A stretch of 21,866 bases of DNA from an uncultured virus (IMG/VR IMGVR_UViG_3300008113_000157). Lineage: Duplodnaviria; Heunggongvirae; Uroviricota; Caudoviricetes. Location of the stretch: IMG/VR virus record IMGVR_UViG_3300008113_000157; one strand, written 5' to 3'. The notes beneath the pieces were generated by a model. That model saw only the letters and a list, made by a program, of their open reading frames with translations, did no database searches and was not told where the DNA came from. Shown here piece by piece: positions 1-7,987 of the stretch. Within the stretch, counting starts at the first letter, position 1, and every line of letters begins with the position of its first letter. The translations under genes and the position numbers were made by a program.

Positions 1-1
1 C

Positions 2-628
2 ACTCCTGAGTCCCAAGAACTGGCTAAAGCAGAGCTTGAGTCTTGCGCCGACTTACGGTCAGAAAAAGTTGATCGTATCTATTACGCCATGGCGGCGCAT
101 GAGGATGCCCTTGAACGCATCAAGAAAGAAGGCGATCTCATTACGCAATCCAAGCGTCACCACGAATCCCAGTTGCGGTCGCTGAAAGGCCTGCTAAATT
201 ACTTACGTCGAGTCCTTCCTTTGGACTCGAATAAAATCACAGGTCGCAATTATCAGTTCACCTTTGTCCGCAAAAAAGAACTTACCGTCGAAGTTACCAC
301 GGATCCAGAGTTTTGGCACACTCAAGAGCGAACAGATTATTGCATTGAAGAAGAAGTCACAACAACAAAACAAGTTGTTGTACGATCAATGTCAGGAGAA
401 GTTCTATCCACTAGAACAGAACCTAAAACCGTCACTAAAATCCTCCCTAATCTCGATGCCATACGCAGCGCCTATCAAGAAGGTCGGCAACTTCCAACAG
501 GAGTCAAGGTCGTCCAAGAGTACTCTGTCCGTTCCAAACGAATCTTCAGTGAACCCCGAATGGAATTGGTTTCATCCGAGTATCCAGACGAGCTTCTACG
601 AGAAGATCCCAGCACCGACGAATCTTGA
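2..628 (+). CDS. Siphovirus Gp157-like protein (5'-truncated by window edge)
   Basis: The frame of ORF 89..628 is open back to base 2 (TPESQELAKAELESCADLRSEKVDRIYYAM...). The coiled-coil 'EKVDRIYY...IKKE...LKGLLNYL' and C-terminal 'LDAIRSAYQEGRQLPTGVKV' resemble Gp157 proteins. Confidence 0.65.
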   Translation, partial: TPESQELAKAELESCADLRSEKVDRIYYAMAAHEDALERIKKEGDLITQSKRHHESQLRSLKGLLNYLRRVLPLDSNKITGRNYQFTFVRKKELTVEVTTDPEFWHTQERTDYCIEEEVTTTKQVVVRSMSGEVLSTRTEPKTVTKILPNLDAIRSAYQEGRQLPTGVKVVQEYSVRSKRIFSEPRMELVSSEYPDELLREDPSTDES

Positions 629-869
629 AGATGCGTGCATCAAGATGGATTGTCATCTACATGCCGTCAAGGATTTTGAATTGCAACTTGAGATGAACAA
701 GTTGCAGATCGACATGGTTAAAGATGGTGGTGAAGTAGCACCTTATTGTATGGATGAATACGAAGACCTAGAACAAAAGAAGCTCAAGCTTCTTGTTGGC
801 AAACGGTTTCATCAGAATGCATCCAATGCATACTGGTACTACTTGCAAAAAGAAAAAACAAGTAAGTAA
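549..869 (+). CDS. hypothetical phage protein
   Basis: 3' part of ORF 264..869. Probable GTG start at 549 (VNPEWNWFHPS...); the upstream part is shadow of the Gp157 frame. Start is uncertain. Confidence 0.55.
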   Translation: MNPEWNWFHPSIQTSFYEKIPAPTNLEDACIKMDCHLHAVKDFELQLEMNKLQIDMVKDGGEVAPYCMDEYEDLEQKKLKLLVGKRFHQNASNAYWYYLQKEKTSK

Positions 870-903
870 ATGCAAGTACAATAGTTAAAGCTGTAGGAGT
901 TCC

Positions 904-1167
904 ATGGGCGGTGATCCAGTCCTTAACAAATTAATTGCTGGGTTTACCCAGGATGGAACTCCTCTTTCCGCAACGATTGGTTCCAAGATGGAGCATGGTG
1001 TTGTCATCTTGACAGCAGCCATGCTTTCTAATGAAAACCTTGCGGCATCAATGGATGCAGAAGAGATGGTAGATGCTGCCATCAATTACTACAACATTAT
1101 TCAAAAACGTCTTGGTTATTACCAAGAGCATCAAGCCCATTCATTAGAACGTCTTTTAGGTAGCTGA
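904..1167 (+). CDS. hypothetical phage protein
   Basis: 87-aa ORF in a co-directional gene run, preceded by a TACAAT -10-like box. Confidence 0.7.
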   Translation: MGGDPVLNKLIAGFTQDGTPLSATIGSKMEHGVVILTAAMLSNENLAASMDAEEMVDAAINYYNIIQKRLGYYQEHQAHSLERLLGS

Positions 1168-1168
1168 A

Positions 1169-1540
1169 ATGCCTGACGTATTTGGATTACCCCAAGACAA
1201 AGCAGCTAATACTGCTAGCAGATTGGCTAGTCGTTACGATGCCAATACTGCATGGAGCTCTTTGGATGCAACGCCTACATGGCAACTTGGCGGAGACATG
1301 CGTGAACAATATACCAAACACATTCCACGTCGAGGACGGAATCAAATCTCTGTAGACTTTGACGATATTACTATTGATCGCACTCCATCTACTCCTGTGC
1401 GTTTTAATGTGTCAGAAGGAATGGGACCTATTCAAATTATGGATATGGCTAAAAATCTTCCTCAAGGTGTGCAAAATCTAGTTTTAGCTCCAGTGCAAAA
1501 AATTGCCGGCAAGTTCATGGTTGGCGGTTTTAACTCCTAA
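1169..1540 (+). CDS. hypothetical protein
   Basis: 123-aa ORF starting 1 nt after the previous stop. Confidence 0.65.
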   Translation: MPDVFGLPQDKAANTASRLASRYDANTAWSSLDATPTWQLGGDMREQYTKHIPRRGRNQISVDFDDITIDRTPSTPVRFNVSEGMGPIQIMDMAKNLPQGVQNLVLAPVQKIAGKFMVGGFNS

Positions 1541-1585
1541 TCTGCCAATAAATCTGGTAAGCTAGGACTGTCATACCCCTTATCA

Positions 1586-1780
1586 ATGGAACCTGTCTAC
1601 GTACCTAAGCTCACCGTCTCATACGCGGTTGATGTCGAGGTAGCATACAACGCATTCAATGGCAAAACCATGGATGAAATTGCTGATTTTATTCAAGACG
1701 AAATCCATGACATGTTATTTGACATTGAGCAAGTAACCGGTGTAACCTCTGATAACACTGCTCTTTACTTCAACGACTGA
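1586..1780 (+). CDS. hypothetical acidic protein
   Basis: 64-aa ORF; its stop overlaps the next start (TGATG). Confidence 0.65.
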   Translation: MEPVYVPKLTVSYAVDVEVAYNAFNGKTMDEIADFIQDEIHDMLFDIEQVTGVTSDNTALYFND

Positions 1781-2031
1781 TGATGAACACTGATTACCTT
1801 GCTGAGTTTGATCCAAAGGAAGAAGAAAAGACTCAGACTTTTCTTGAACACATGTACAAATGCTCGGGACGCGAAGATCCGAATCATCCCATGCATAGTC
1901 TTTACACTGGGTTGTACCAAGACTTTTGCATAAGGGAAGCTGGTCCTCTTGCTCGTGAGCGTTGGTTTGAAATGCAAGAAGCCATTCGCCTTTACGAAGA
2001 AAAGAAATTGCAACCCGTCATTCTTGACTGA
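1780..2031 (+). CDS. hypothetical phage protein (GRxDPxHPMHxxYTGL motif)
   Basis: 83-aa ORF, translationally coupled at both ends (TGATG). Confidence 0.7.
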   Translation: MMNTDYLAEFDPKEEEKTQTFLEHMYKCSGREDPNHPMHSLYTGLYQDFCIREAGPLARERWFEMQEAIRLYEEKKLQPVILD

Positions 2032-2381
2032 TGGAACATCCTCATGAACCCGTAGATGCCATCAAGGGTTGGCAAGACTGGTACAAAAAACATCGCATTG
2101 TTGCACAAATGGATGAGCCTCTTGTGACTAAAGACTCACGTGAAAACATGCACGACACTGCTGACGCTGTTAATAGTGCAGCCAAGGCAATGTGGATGAA
2201 CAAAGCTCAGGAACACTTTGCTGATACCCTTGCTGAGTATCAGTACGAACTTTCTGGCAAAGATCTGTACAAAGCTTTTTATAAAGCTGCGTACGAAAAC
2301 GCAGAGGCTGCTCGTAAAGAGTATGAAAAATCAAAAGAGTTGATGGACATGCTTCGTTATAGCAGCCTTGCACAAGACTAA
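2031..2381 (+). CDS. hypothetical phage protein
   Basis: 116-aa helical ORF, coupled by TGATG and TAATG overlaps. Confidence 0.7.
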   Translation: MEHPHEPVDAIKGWQDWYKKHRIVAQMDEPLVTKDSRENMHDTADAVNSAAKAMWMNKAQEHFADTLAEYQYELSGKDLYKAFYKAAYENAEAARKEYEKSKELMDMLRYSSLAQD

Positions 2382-2620
2382 TGGTGCGTTCCAAAGATCC
2401 TGAATATCCTTCGTGGATCTGCCATAGCTGTGGCGAGACCTATGGCACGTGGTACAAACGCGGCTCATACGTTGGGCCGCCTCATCACTGCGCAACCTTT
2501 CATAAGGGAACTTGTGAGATGTGTGAAGCAGAAGATGCGCTTGTTACCGAGCCTCGGGACTATGGACATCTACGGGCAGATTGGAGGCGTGCCATGATAC
2601 AAAGTAAAAACTCCCAGTAA
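2381..2620 (+). CDS. small Cys-rich (CxxC...CxxC) putative Zn-binding protein
   Basis: WICHSCG...TCEMC...VTEPRDYGHL; start overlaps the previous stop. Confidence 0.65.
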   Translation: MVRSKDPEYPSWICHSCGETYGTWYKRGSYVGPPHHCATFHKGTCEMCEAEDALVTEPRDYGHLRADWRRAMIQSKNSQ

Positions 2621-2657
2621 ATCAATGCGATAATAAAGAGTATATAGCTTAAATGAC

Positions 2658-3980
2658 ATGCCGTTATATAGAGACCCACGTCGTAAAGATCTTCTTTATG
2701 AAGTTATCAAAGTACAGACGTGTAGTGGGGAACCACTAGAAGTTACAACGGCAAGTGGTACAAGTACTTACGTGCAACCTGCTGGTATGGCAGGGGATGC
2801 ATTTGGACGTACACGTGTATCAGCACCTCTAACTCTCTTTGATTCAAGCCATCGTTACAACGACAATGGCTTGTGGTCTACGTCCAGTGGTACCGGTGGT
2901 ACTTCTGCATTCAATGCAAACCAAGGTCTTGTTGAACTCAACGTAACCACTACATCTGGTTCCGAGATCATCAGGGAAACAAACAAGGTCTGTTCATATC
3001 AACCAGGGAAATCCTTGTTGGCTATGTCAACCTTTGTAATGGATGCTCCAAAAACTAACTTGCGTCAACGCGTTGGTTACTACGGTGCTTCTAATGGTGT
3101 GTACCTAGAGGTCAGTGGTACCACGGGGCCTGCCTTTGTTGAACGCAGTGCTGTAACTGGAAGTGTTACTGAAACACGTGTACTGCAAGCTAACTGGAAC
3201 ATTGACAAACTAGATGGCAACGGACCCTCAGGTTTTACGCTTGATCTCACCAAGGCTCAAATCCTTTGGTTTGATATCGAATGGCTTGGCCTTGGTACCG
3301 TGCGTGCAGGGTTTGTAATCAATGGTGCATTCATTCACTGCCATTCATTCCATCACGCCAACCTAATTACGTCCACCTATATAACAACGGCATCTTTGCC
3401 GTTGCGTTATGAAATTACTAATGTAGGTACTACGGCAAGCAACAGTACTTTAAAGCAAGTTTGTTCGACAGTCCTATCGGAAGGTGGATACGAACTACGT
3501 GGAGCACAGTCTGCCATTGGTACTCCTATCGCATCACCACGTGATCTAACAGTCATCTCCACTGAGTACCCTGTTATTTCTATTCGTCTTAAATCAACCC
3601 GTCTTGATGCAATTGTTATCTTGACCGCCTTATCAATCATGGGTATTACTAACAATTCAAACTACAACTGGAAAGTAATTACAGGTGGTACAACCACAGG
3701 GGGGTCATGGGATACCACTGGAGCAACTTCTTCGGTTGAGTACAACATCACTGGCACTTCCTTTACCATGGGGACAGGACGTGTGTTGGCAAGTGGTTTT
3801 GCCACTGGTTCTAACCAAGGTTCAACTGTTGTTGACATTCTGAAAGAAGCTTTGTTTTCATTCCAGTTAGAACGCAATGGTCTTACCAGTACTCCAACAG
3901 AATTAACCTTGGTATGCAGCAGTGCTCAAGCTGGCTCTGATGTCCTTTCTTCCATGGACTGGGAAGAAATCTCAAGATAA
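2658..3980 (+). CDS. Ser/Thr/Gly-rich beta-strand protein, putative virion structural protein
   Basis: 440-aa ORF with DAFGRTRVSAPLTLFDS, YQPGKS and DIEWLGLGTVR motifs, typical of a widespread phage protein family. The virion role is inferred from composition. Confidence 0.6.
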   Translation: MPLYRDPRRKDLLYEVIKVQTCSGEPLEVTTASGTSTYVQPAGMAGDAFGRTRVSAPLTLFDSSHRYNDNGLWSTSSGTGGTSAFNANQGLVELNVTTTSGSEIIRETNKVCSYQPGKSLLAMSTFVMDAPKTNLRQRVGYYGASNGVYLEVSGTTGPAFVERSAVTGSVTETRVLQANWNIDKLDGNGPSGFTLDLTKAQILWFDIEWLGLGTVRAGFVINGAFIHCHSFHHANLITSTYITTASLPLRYEITNVGTTASNSTLKQVCSTVLSEGGYELRGAQSAIGTPIASPRDLTVISTEYPVISIRLKSTRLDAIVILTALSIMGITNNSNYNWKVITGGTTTGGSWDTTGATSSVEYNITGTSFTMGTGRVLASGFATGSNQGSTVVDILKEALFSFQLERNGLTSTPTELTLVCSSAQAGSDVLSSMDWEEISR

Positions 3981-4025
3981 GTCGTTGATTTGTTTTTGAT
4001 AAACTAGAACTATTGATTAAAAGCT

Positions 4026-4589
4026 ATGTATACCCCTGGTCCTCAAACGCAACAACCACCCCAGATGGGGGTGGAACCACTCAATTCTGGGGTGACTCCA
4101 GGACCTCAAGCAAAGCCCAAGGCTCCTGGTAAATCAAAGAATGGTGATGTCGGGGCCTTCATCCAGCAATGTATCTCCCTTTCCTCCTACCTCAAGGAAC
4201 TTGAGACACAATCCCATCTCATTCACCTGAACTACGAGGGGCCTAACTTCCTCGGGGTGCATGGGTTCCTTAAAGACCAGTACGAAGCTCATCTGGAACA
4301 GTTCGATACGTTAGGTGAGTTCATCCGCAGCATGGACTATCTGATGCCCATGTGCGCCAGGGGACTGGCTGATGCTGGTCCTGGCATCCAACATGTTACC
4401 AGCTACAAGGGAACAGAAATGCTTGCCACGTACTACAAGAACTTGGAGGAGCTAGGCATGAAGTCCAAAAAGCTAGAGCCTATTGCTGCCAAGGTGGGTG
4501 CCATTGATATCCAGAACTACATGGCTGAGCTGTGTGGGCAAGCCTTTAAGGCTGCTTGGTTTGTTAAAGCTACTTTGCGGAACGGTTGA
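4026..4589 (+). CDS. dps: Dps / ferritin-like DNA-protection protein
   Basis: HLNYEGPNFLGVHGFLKDQYEAHLEQFDTLGEFIR matches the Dps ferroxidase signature (H-x11-H...D-x3-E); Pro/Lys-rich N-terminal tail. Confidence 0.85.
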   Translation: MYTPGPQTQQPPQMGVEPLNSGVTPGPQAKPKAPGKSKNGDVGAFIQQCISLSSYLKELETQSHLIHLNYEGPNFLGVHGFLKDQYEAHLEQFDTLGEFIRSMDYLMPMCARGLADAGPGIQHVTSYKGTEMLATYYKNLEELGMKSKKLEPIAAKVGAIDIQNYMAELCGQAFKAAWFVKATLRNG

Positions 4590-6652
4590 TGGCTAATGAA
4601 AAATTAACCGAAGAACAACTTCGGGCTATCCAAGCAATGGGAGCTTCCCTATCCACATTGGGAATAGGGCCTGCAACAATGCTTCCCTTTCAAGACTTGT
4701 TGCAATCAAACGCAATTTCAAAAATTAAACAACAAGAAGCAATGCGGATGTTTCCGCAAGCTGACTCAAATCTATTTGATTACACGCGCGGTGGAACACT
4801 GCCATATAAACAACCAATGTTAGCTAATGAAGTAATTCCATTAACTGAAAAAACTGCTAGTAGTCGAGTTTTTGATAAAGAGATCAAAACAAATTCTCCA
4901 TTAAGTGCAAGAGAAATTTATAGAAGTAGATCATCTCTTCCTGAGTATTTAAGTGGGCGTCCAGGTGCTCCTAGTCCTGAGTTAGGTTCTTTTGCAAACG
5001 CTATTAGCAATAAAACAATTTTTCCAGAAGGTGATATACAAGCAATTACTGTAACGCCTGGTCCAAACCCTGGTCGTTTTGCACAAGATTATGCAGAAAT
5101 CTTAGCAGATAAGTTAGGCAAAACATTAACTGAATATGAACAAGAACAATTAAACAGCGGAACTAATGTTACAAAACTACAAAACAAAATTAAAGCATTA
5201 ACTTCTAAAACACCAGGTACGGCTGGTTATATTTGGGGCAATGTAAAATATCCTCAATATAGTTATGCAGAAGGAAATTGGGGTCTTGGACAAAAACTAG
5301 CAGGAGAAAATCCTTCTATATATTTGTCAAGAATAAATGCTGATCCATCAAACGAAGCAAGGTATCTTTATACAGGTGATATTTTAAAAGGACAAGGAGG
5401 CATTGAGCCAAGGGTTCCTTTTAAACAATACGAAGATCTTGGTCCCGGTACAGGTCCCTCTTGGGGCATAGCTCCAAATAAAGACATCAGTTTTAGAAAA
5501 GATTTAATTGGTGCCAGGGGAGAATTAACAACAGGAGATTTGCAAGCACTGCTCGCTGAACGAGGATTGCCTTTTGAATATCAAGTAGAAGGTGATCGCT
5601 ATACAAGAAAAAAACCTGGATTTGTATTACGAGCCAACTTAGAAAAATTAGCTAACTCTGAAAGCATTAGTCCAAGCCAGGCCGCTGAAAAATACGCGCG
5701 TTTGATTCCAAATGTAGGTGAACCTGTAATACCTCCAACGGCTGCGGTTAGCGCAAGAGTAGGGGAGTTTCCAGAACAAGGGCAAATGGCTAGCCCATTT
5801 GGTCGCTTTGCCGCCAAAACAGATTTACGGCAAATTGGCATCTTACCGCCAGGGGATAAAGCTACCTATAGTCCTTTTACAGTAGATGAATTTACAAATG
5901 TATTTCAACCTGAAAATACAAGATACAATGCAAGTTCCTTAAAAGAAATAACCCCATCAAAGGTAGTTCCGGCATCACCTGGATCTTTATTTGATGAAGA
6001 CTTTATCGAAGGCAGTTACCAATTCAACATAAACAGAGATGTATTAAGACCTCAAGCTGCAAATAAACTCTTAAACAAAACAACTAAAACTTTAATTGAA
6101 CAAGCAAAACCAGTTAGAGCTATGGGTCTTGGTGGTTTAGCTACAGGTGGAGTTTTAACTGCAATGGATCCTGCCGTTATTGATGCTTTGTCTCGTGGTG
6201 ATTACCAACAAGCAGGGACAACTGCTGCATTAAACACTGCTATTGGTTCTGTTACAGGTGGCGCAACGGCTAAGGGTTTACAAGCCTTGCAAGCTGCTGG
6301 ATACGCAAGACCTGCTGCTGCAATTGGAACTGTTCTTCCTGCAGTTGGTGGTGTTCTTGGTGGAGTTGGTTTAGCTGAAACTGGTAAAGCTCTTAACCGT
6401 GCATATCGTGCACAAACAGGTAAAGATTTTCCAACCAGAAATCAACCTATACAACCTACTCCCTACACAGGGCCAACTCCTTCTATACAACCACGGATGG
6501 GCAAAGCTGTTTTAAATAACAGGCTTGTTGACGTACCTTATGGTTCTGTAGCAGGAACCAAAACAGTTGGTCGTCCTTGGTGGGATAAAGCTGGATCCGC
6601 ATTCCAGGGTTTACTAAATCGTTTTAATGCCGGCAGTATTGTTGGACGTTAA
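4586..6652 (+). CDS. large hypothetical protein with Gly/Ala-rich C-terminus (possible internal virion protein)
   Basis: 688-aa uninterrupted ORF coupled to the dps stop (ATG at 4589). A/T-rich N-terminal two-thirds and hydrophobic Gly/Ala helices near the C-terminus. Confidence 0.7.
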   Translation: MMANEKLTEEQLRAIQAMGASLSTLGIGPATMLPFQDLLQSNAISKIKQQEAMRMFPQADSNLFDYTRGGTLPYKQPMLANEVIPLTEKTASSRVFDKEIKTNSPLSAREIYRSRSSLPEYLSGRPGAPSPELGSFANAISNKTIFPEGDIQAITVTPGPNPGRFAQDYAEILADKLGKTLTEYEQEQLNSGTNVTKLQNKIKALTSKTPGTAGYIWGNVKYPQYSYAEGNWGLGQKLAGENPSIYLSRINADPSNEARYLYTGDILKGQGGIEPRVPFKQYEDLGPGTGPSWGIAPNKDISFRKDLIGARGELTTGDLQALLAERGLPFEYQVEGDRYTRKKPGFVLRANLEKLANSESISPSQAAEKYARLIPNVGEPVIPPTAAVSARVGEFPEQGQMASPFGRFAAKTDLRQIGILPPGDKATYSPFTVDEFTNVFQPENTRYNASSLKEITPSKVVPASPGSLFDEDFIEGSYQFNINRDVLRPQAANKLLNKTTKTLIEQAKPVRAMGLGGLATGGVLTAMDPAVIDALSRGDYQQAGTTAALNTAIGSVTGGATAKGLQALQAAGYARPAAAIGTVLPAVGGVLGGVGLAETGKALNRAYRAQTGKDFPTRNQPIQPTPYTGPTPSIQPRMGKAVLNNRLVDVPYGSVAGTKTVGRPWWDKAGSAFQGLLNRFNAGSIVGR

Positions 6653-6903
6653 CTAGTCCAGTGCTCAAGCCTGTGGCAGTTGCAGCAAAGCGGAATACAC
6701 TTCTCAATCTCTTGCTCAACCCTGCTCCAAGCGTAACCATGGTTAACCATGGATGAGATGTTATTGTCCTTGTCACCTATGTGGTGGAACTCAAGGACAC
6801 GATGATCATTCAGCCCACACTTCTTGCACTGCAAAGTCTTCTTGTACTCCAGAAGCTTTTTTCGATTCTTATCGATACGTTTTTTAGCAGTGCCCCAGGT
6901 CAC
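6649..6903 (-). CDS. small HNH endonuclease
   Basis: CKKCG...LEFHH...NNIS...CIPLCCNCHRLEH: Zn-binding CxxC pairs plus the HNH core. Confidence 0.8.
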   Translation of the reverse strand: MTWGTAKKRIDKNRKKLLEYKKTLQCKKCGLNDHRVLEFHHIGDKDNNISSMVNHGYAWSRVEQEIEKCIPLCCNCHRLEHWTS

Positions 6904-6943
6904 GTCTAGTTTTTGTGCACGTGTGCATATAATTTATCAGTTT

Positions 6944-6968
6944 TCTCAATAAACGTGGTTTATTGAGA
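6944..6968. repeat. perfect 11-bp inverted repeat (hairpin/operator) just 3' of the RNA array
   Basis: TCTCAATAAAC-gtg-GTTTATTGAGA. Confidence 0.7.
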
Positions 6969-6977
6969 TTCTTAATA

Positions 6978-7053
6978 GCACCTGGGTAGGAGTCGAACCT
7001 ACATCGTCCTGCAGCGGCAGTAACCGTCTTATCCAATTAGCTCGGACCAGGTG
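6978..7053 (-). ncRNA. tRNA-like RNA without a canonical anticodon arm
   Basis: Minus strand CACCTGG...GTAGG-TTCGACT-CCTAC-CCAGGTG-C gives a perfect 7-bp acceptor stem and T arm, with a D-loop-like AATTGGATA. The anticodon arm is only CTGC-CGCT-GCAG. Confidence 0.65.
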
Positions 7054-7054
7054 A

Positions 7055-7125
7055 TCGGGATGGAAGGTACTGCCCCTTCTCCTTTGCGTCCCAAACGCAA
7101 TGTGATACTTTTCTACTACATCCCG
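7055..7125 (-). tRNA. tRNA-Pro(UGG), atypical T- and D-loops
   Basis: CGGGATG/CATCCCG acceptor stem (C1:G72, A73 = Pro identity), anticodon arm TTGCG-TT TGG GA-CGCAA, T stem GAAGG/CCTTC with loop GGCAGTA. No encoded CCA. Confidence 0.8.
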
Positions 7126-7129
7126 AGTG

Positions 7130-7213
7130 ACCCCCTGGTTTGTGCATCATCCTGAAAACCATTTTGTTGACGTCAACAAAATGGTCTACGTATAGGAGCT
7201 AAGCATAAGGGGT
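7130..7213 (-). ncRNA. putative structured RNA (long rod-like hairpin) with a 28-bp perfect palindrome
   Basis: Nested pairings CCCCT/AGGGG, TGC/GCA and TCCT/AGGA enclose ACCATTTTGTTGAC|GTCAACAAAATGGT (7158-7185). No ORF in the track. Confidence 0.45.
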
Positions 7214-7220
7214 GTTGTTA

Positions 7221-7303
7221 ATAGATGGATGCAGTGTAACTGGCGTACCGACAATCGGGCTGTGAGTTAACCAGGCGTATCCAGACAGTGACTGCACCTC
7301 TAT
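7221..7303 (-). ncRNA. putative structured RNA (three-way junction)
   Basis: ATAGAGG-TGCAGT / ACTGCA-TCCATCTAT closing stem, CTGG/CCAG stem, inner hairpins CTG..CAG and CCGA-TTG-TCGG. Confidence 0.45.
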
Positions 7304-7330
7304 CTTGGGCTCTCCTTCTAGGCTATCTGC

Positions 7331-7960
7331 CTAACGAGTCACCCCCCACTTGGGGGCGTGTTCCACATCAAAGTAGCGTGTTGATACCTTGAAGTCTGGT
7401 GTCTTGAGGTTGTGATAACTCAATGATGGATCAACCATGCGACACCGATTGTTGGGATAAGCGCCAATTTGACCGTTGTCCAAAGCCACAATATTATGGG
7501 ATTTGTGCTCATCAGGAAACTCCGAAAAGTAAAAATCAGGTTCGTTCCGATGAGGATGATAATTGTCTACGGTAAATAAATATGTGCCCTTCATTACACC
7601 TGCGCTTCGTGTCAGGATTTCAAAACCCATGTTGAAGATTAAATTCTTTTCAACGATCGTAAGTCCATGGTCAAACCCATTCCAGAACTGAAGGTCTGTC
7701 AACTCCAAGTCAGGTGTAGGTTCTTTGGGTTTGTCTGGATAGTCTGAGTCCCATGCAAGAAACGCACTGATAGGAAGCTTGTCATACAACGCTCCGTACT
7801 CAGTCAAGTACGCTTCAAAATACAGTGCTCGACCCGTAAGTGATTTACAGGTGACCCAATAGCCAGGTGTGTACTCACCATGTCCTTTCTGAAGGTCGTA
7901 CAGATATTCCTTGCGGACCCATACTTTGATTGGTGGTACGTTGGCAACAAGAGTTGTCAC
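7331..7960 (-). CDS. conserved phage protein of unknown function (common in cyanophages)
   Basis: 209 aa, GTG start. Motifs VRKEYLYDLQKGHGE, GALYDKLPISAF, EHKSHNIVALDNGQ..YPNNR and PDFKV. Confidence 0.8.
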   Translation of the reverse strand: MTTLVANVPPIKVWVRKEYLYDLQKGHGEYTPGYWVTCKSLTGRALYFEAYLTEYGALYDKLPISAFLAWDSDYPDKPKEPTPDLELTDLQFWNGFDHGLTIVEKNLIFNMGFEILTRSAGVMKGTYLFTVDNYHPHRNEPDFYFSEFPDEHKSHNIVALDNGQIGAYPNNRCRMVDPSLSYHNLKTPDFKVSTRYFDVEHAPKWGVTR

Positions 7961-7987
7961 AAAAAATCCCGGTTGTTATACCGGGAT
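7961..7987 (-). terminator. intrinsic terminator-like hairpin
   Basis: Minus strand ATCCCGGT-ATAACA-ACCGGGAT followed by a T run. Confidence 0.7.

Noticed and set aside
264..548. N-terminal part of ORF 264..869
   Set aside because: Fully overlaps the Gp157-like gene in another frame; only the part from about 549 looks like a real gene.
6944..7344. CRISPR mini-array
   Set aside because: No repeated direct-repeat unit with spacers; each hairpin has a different sequence.
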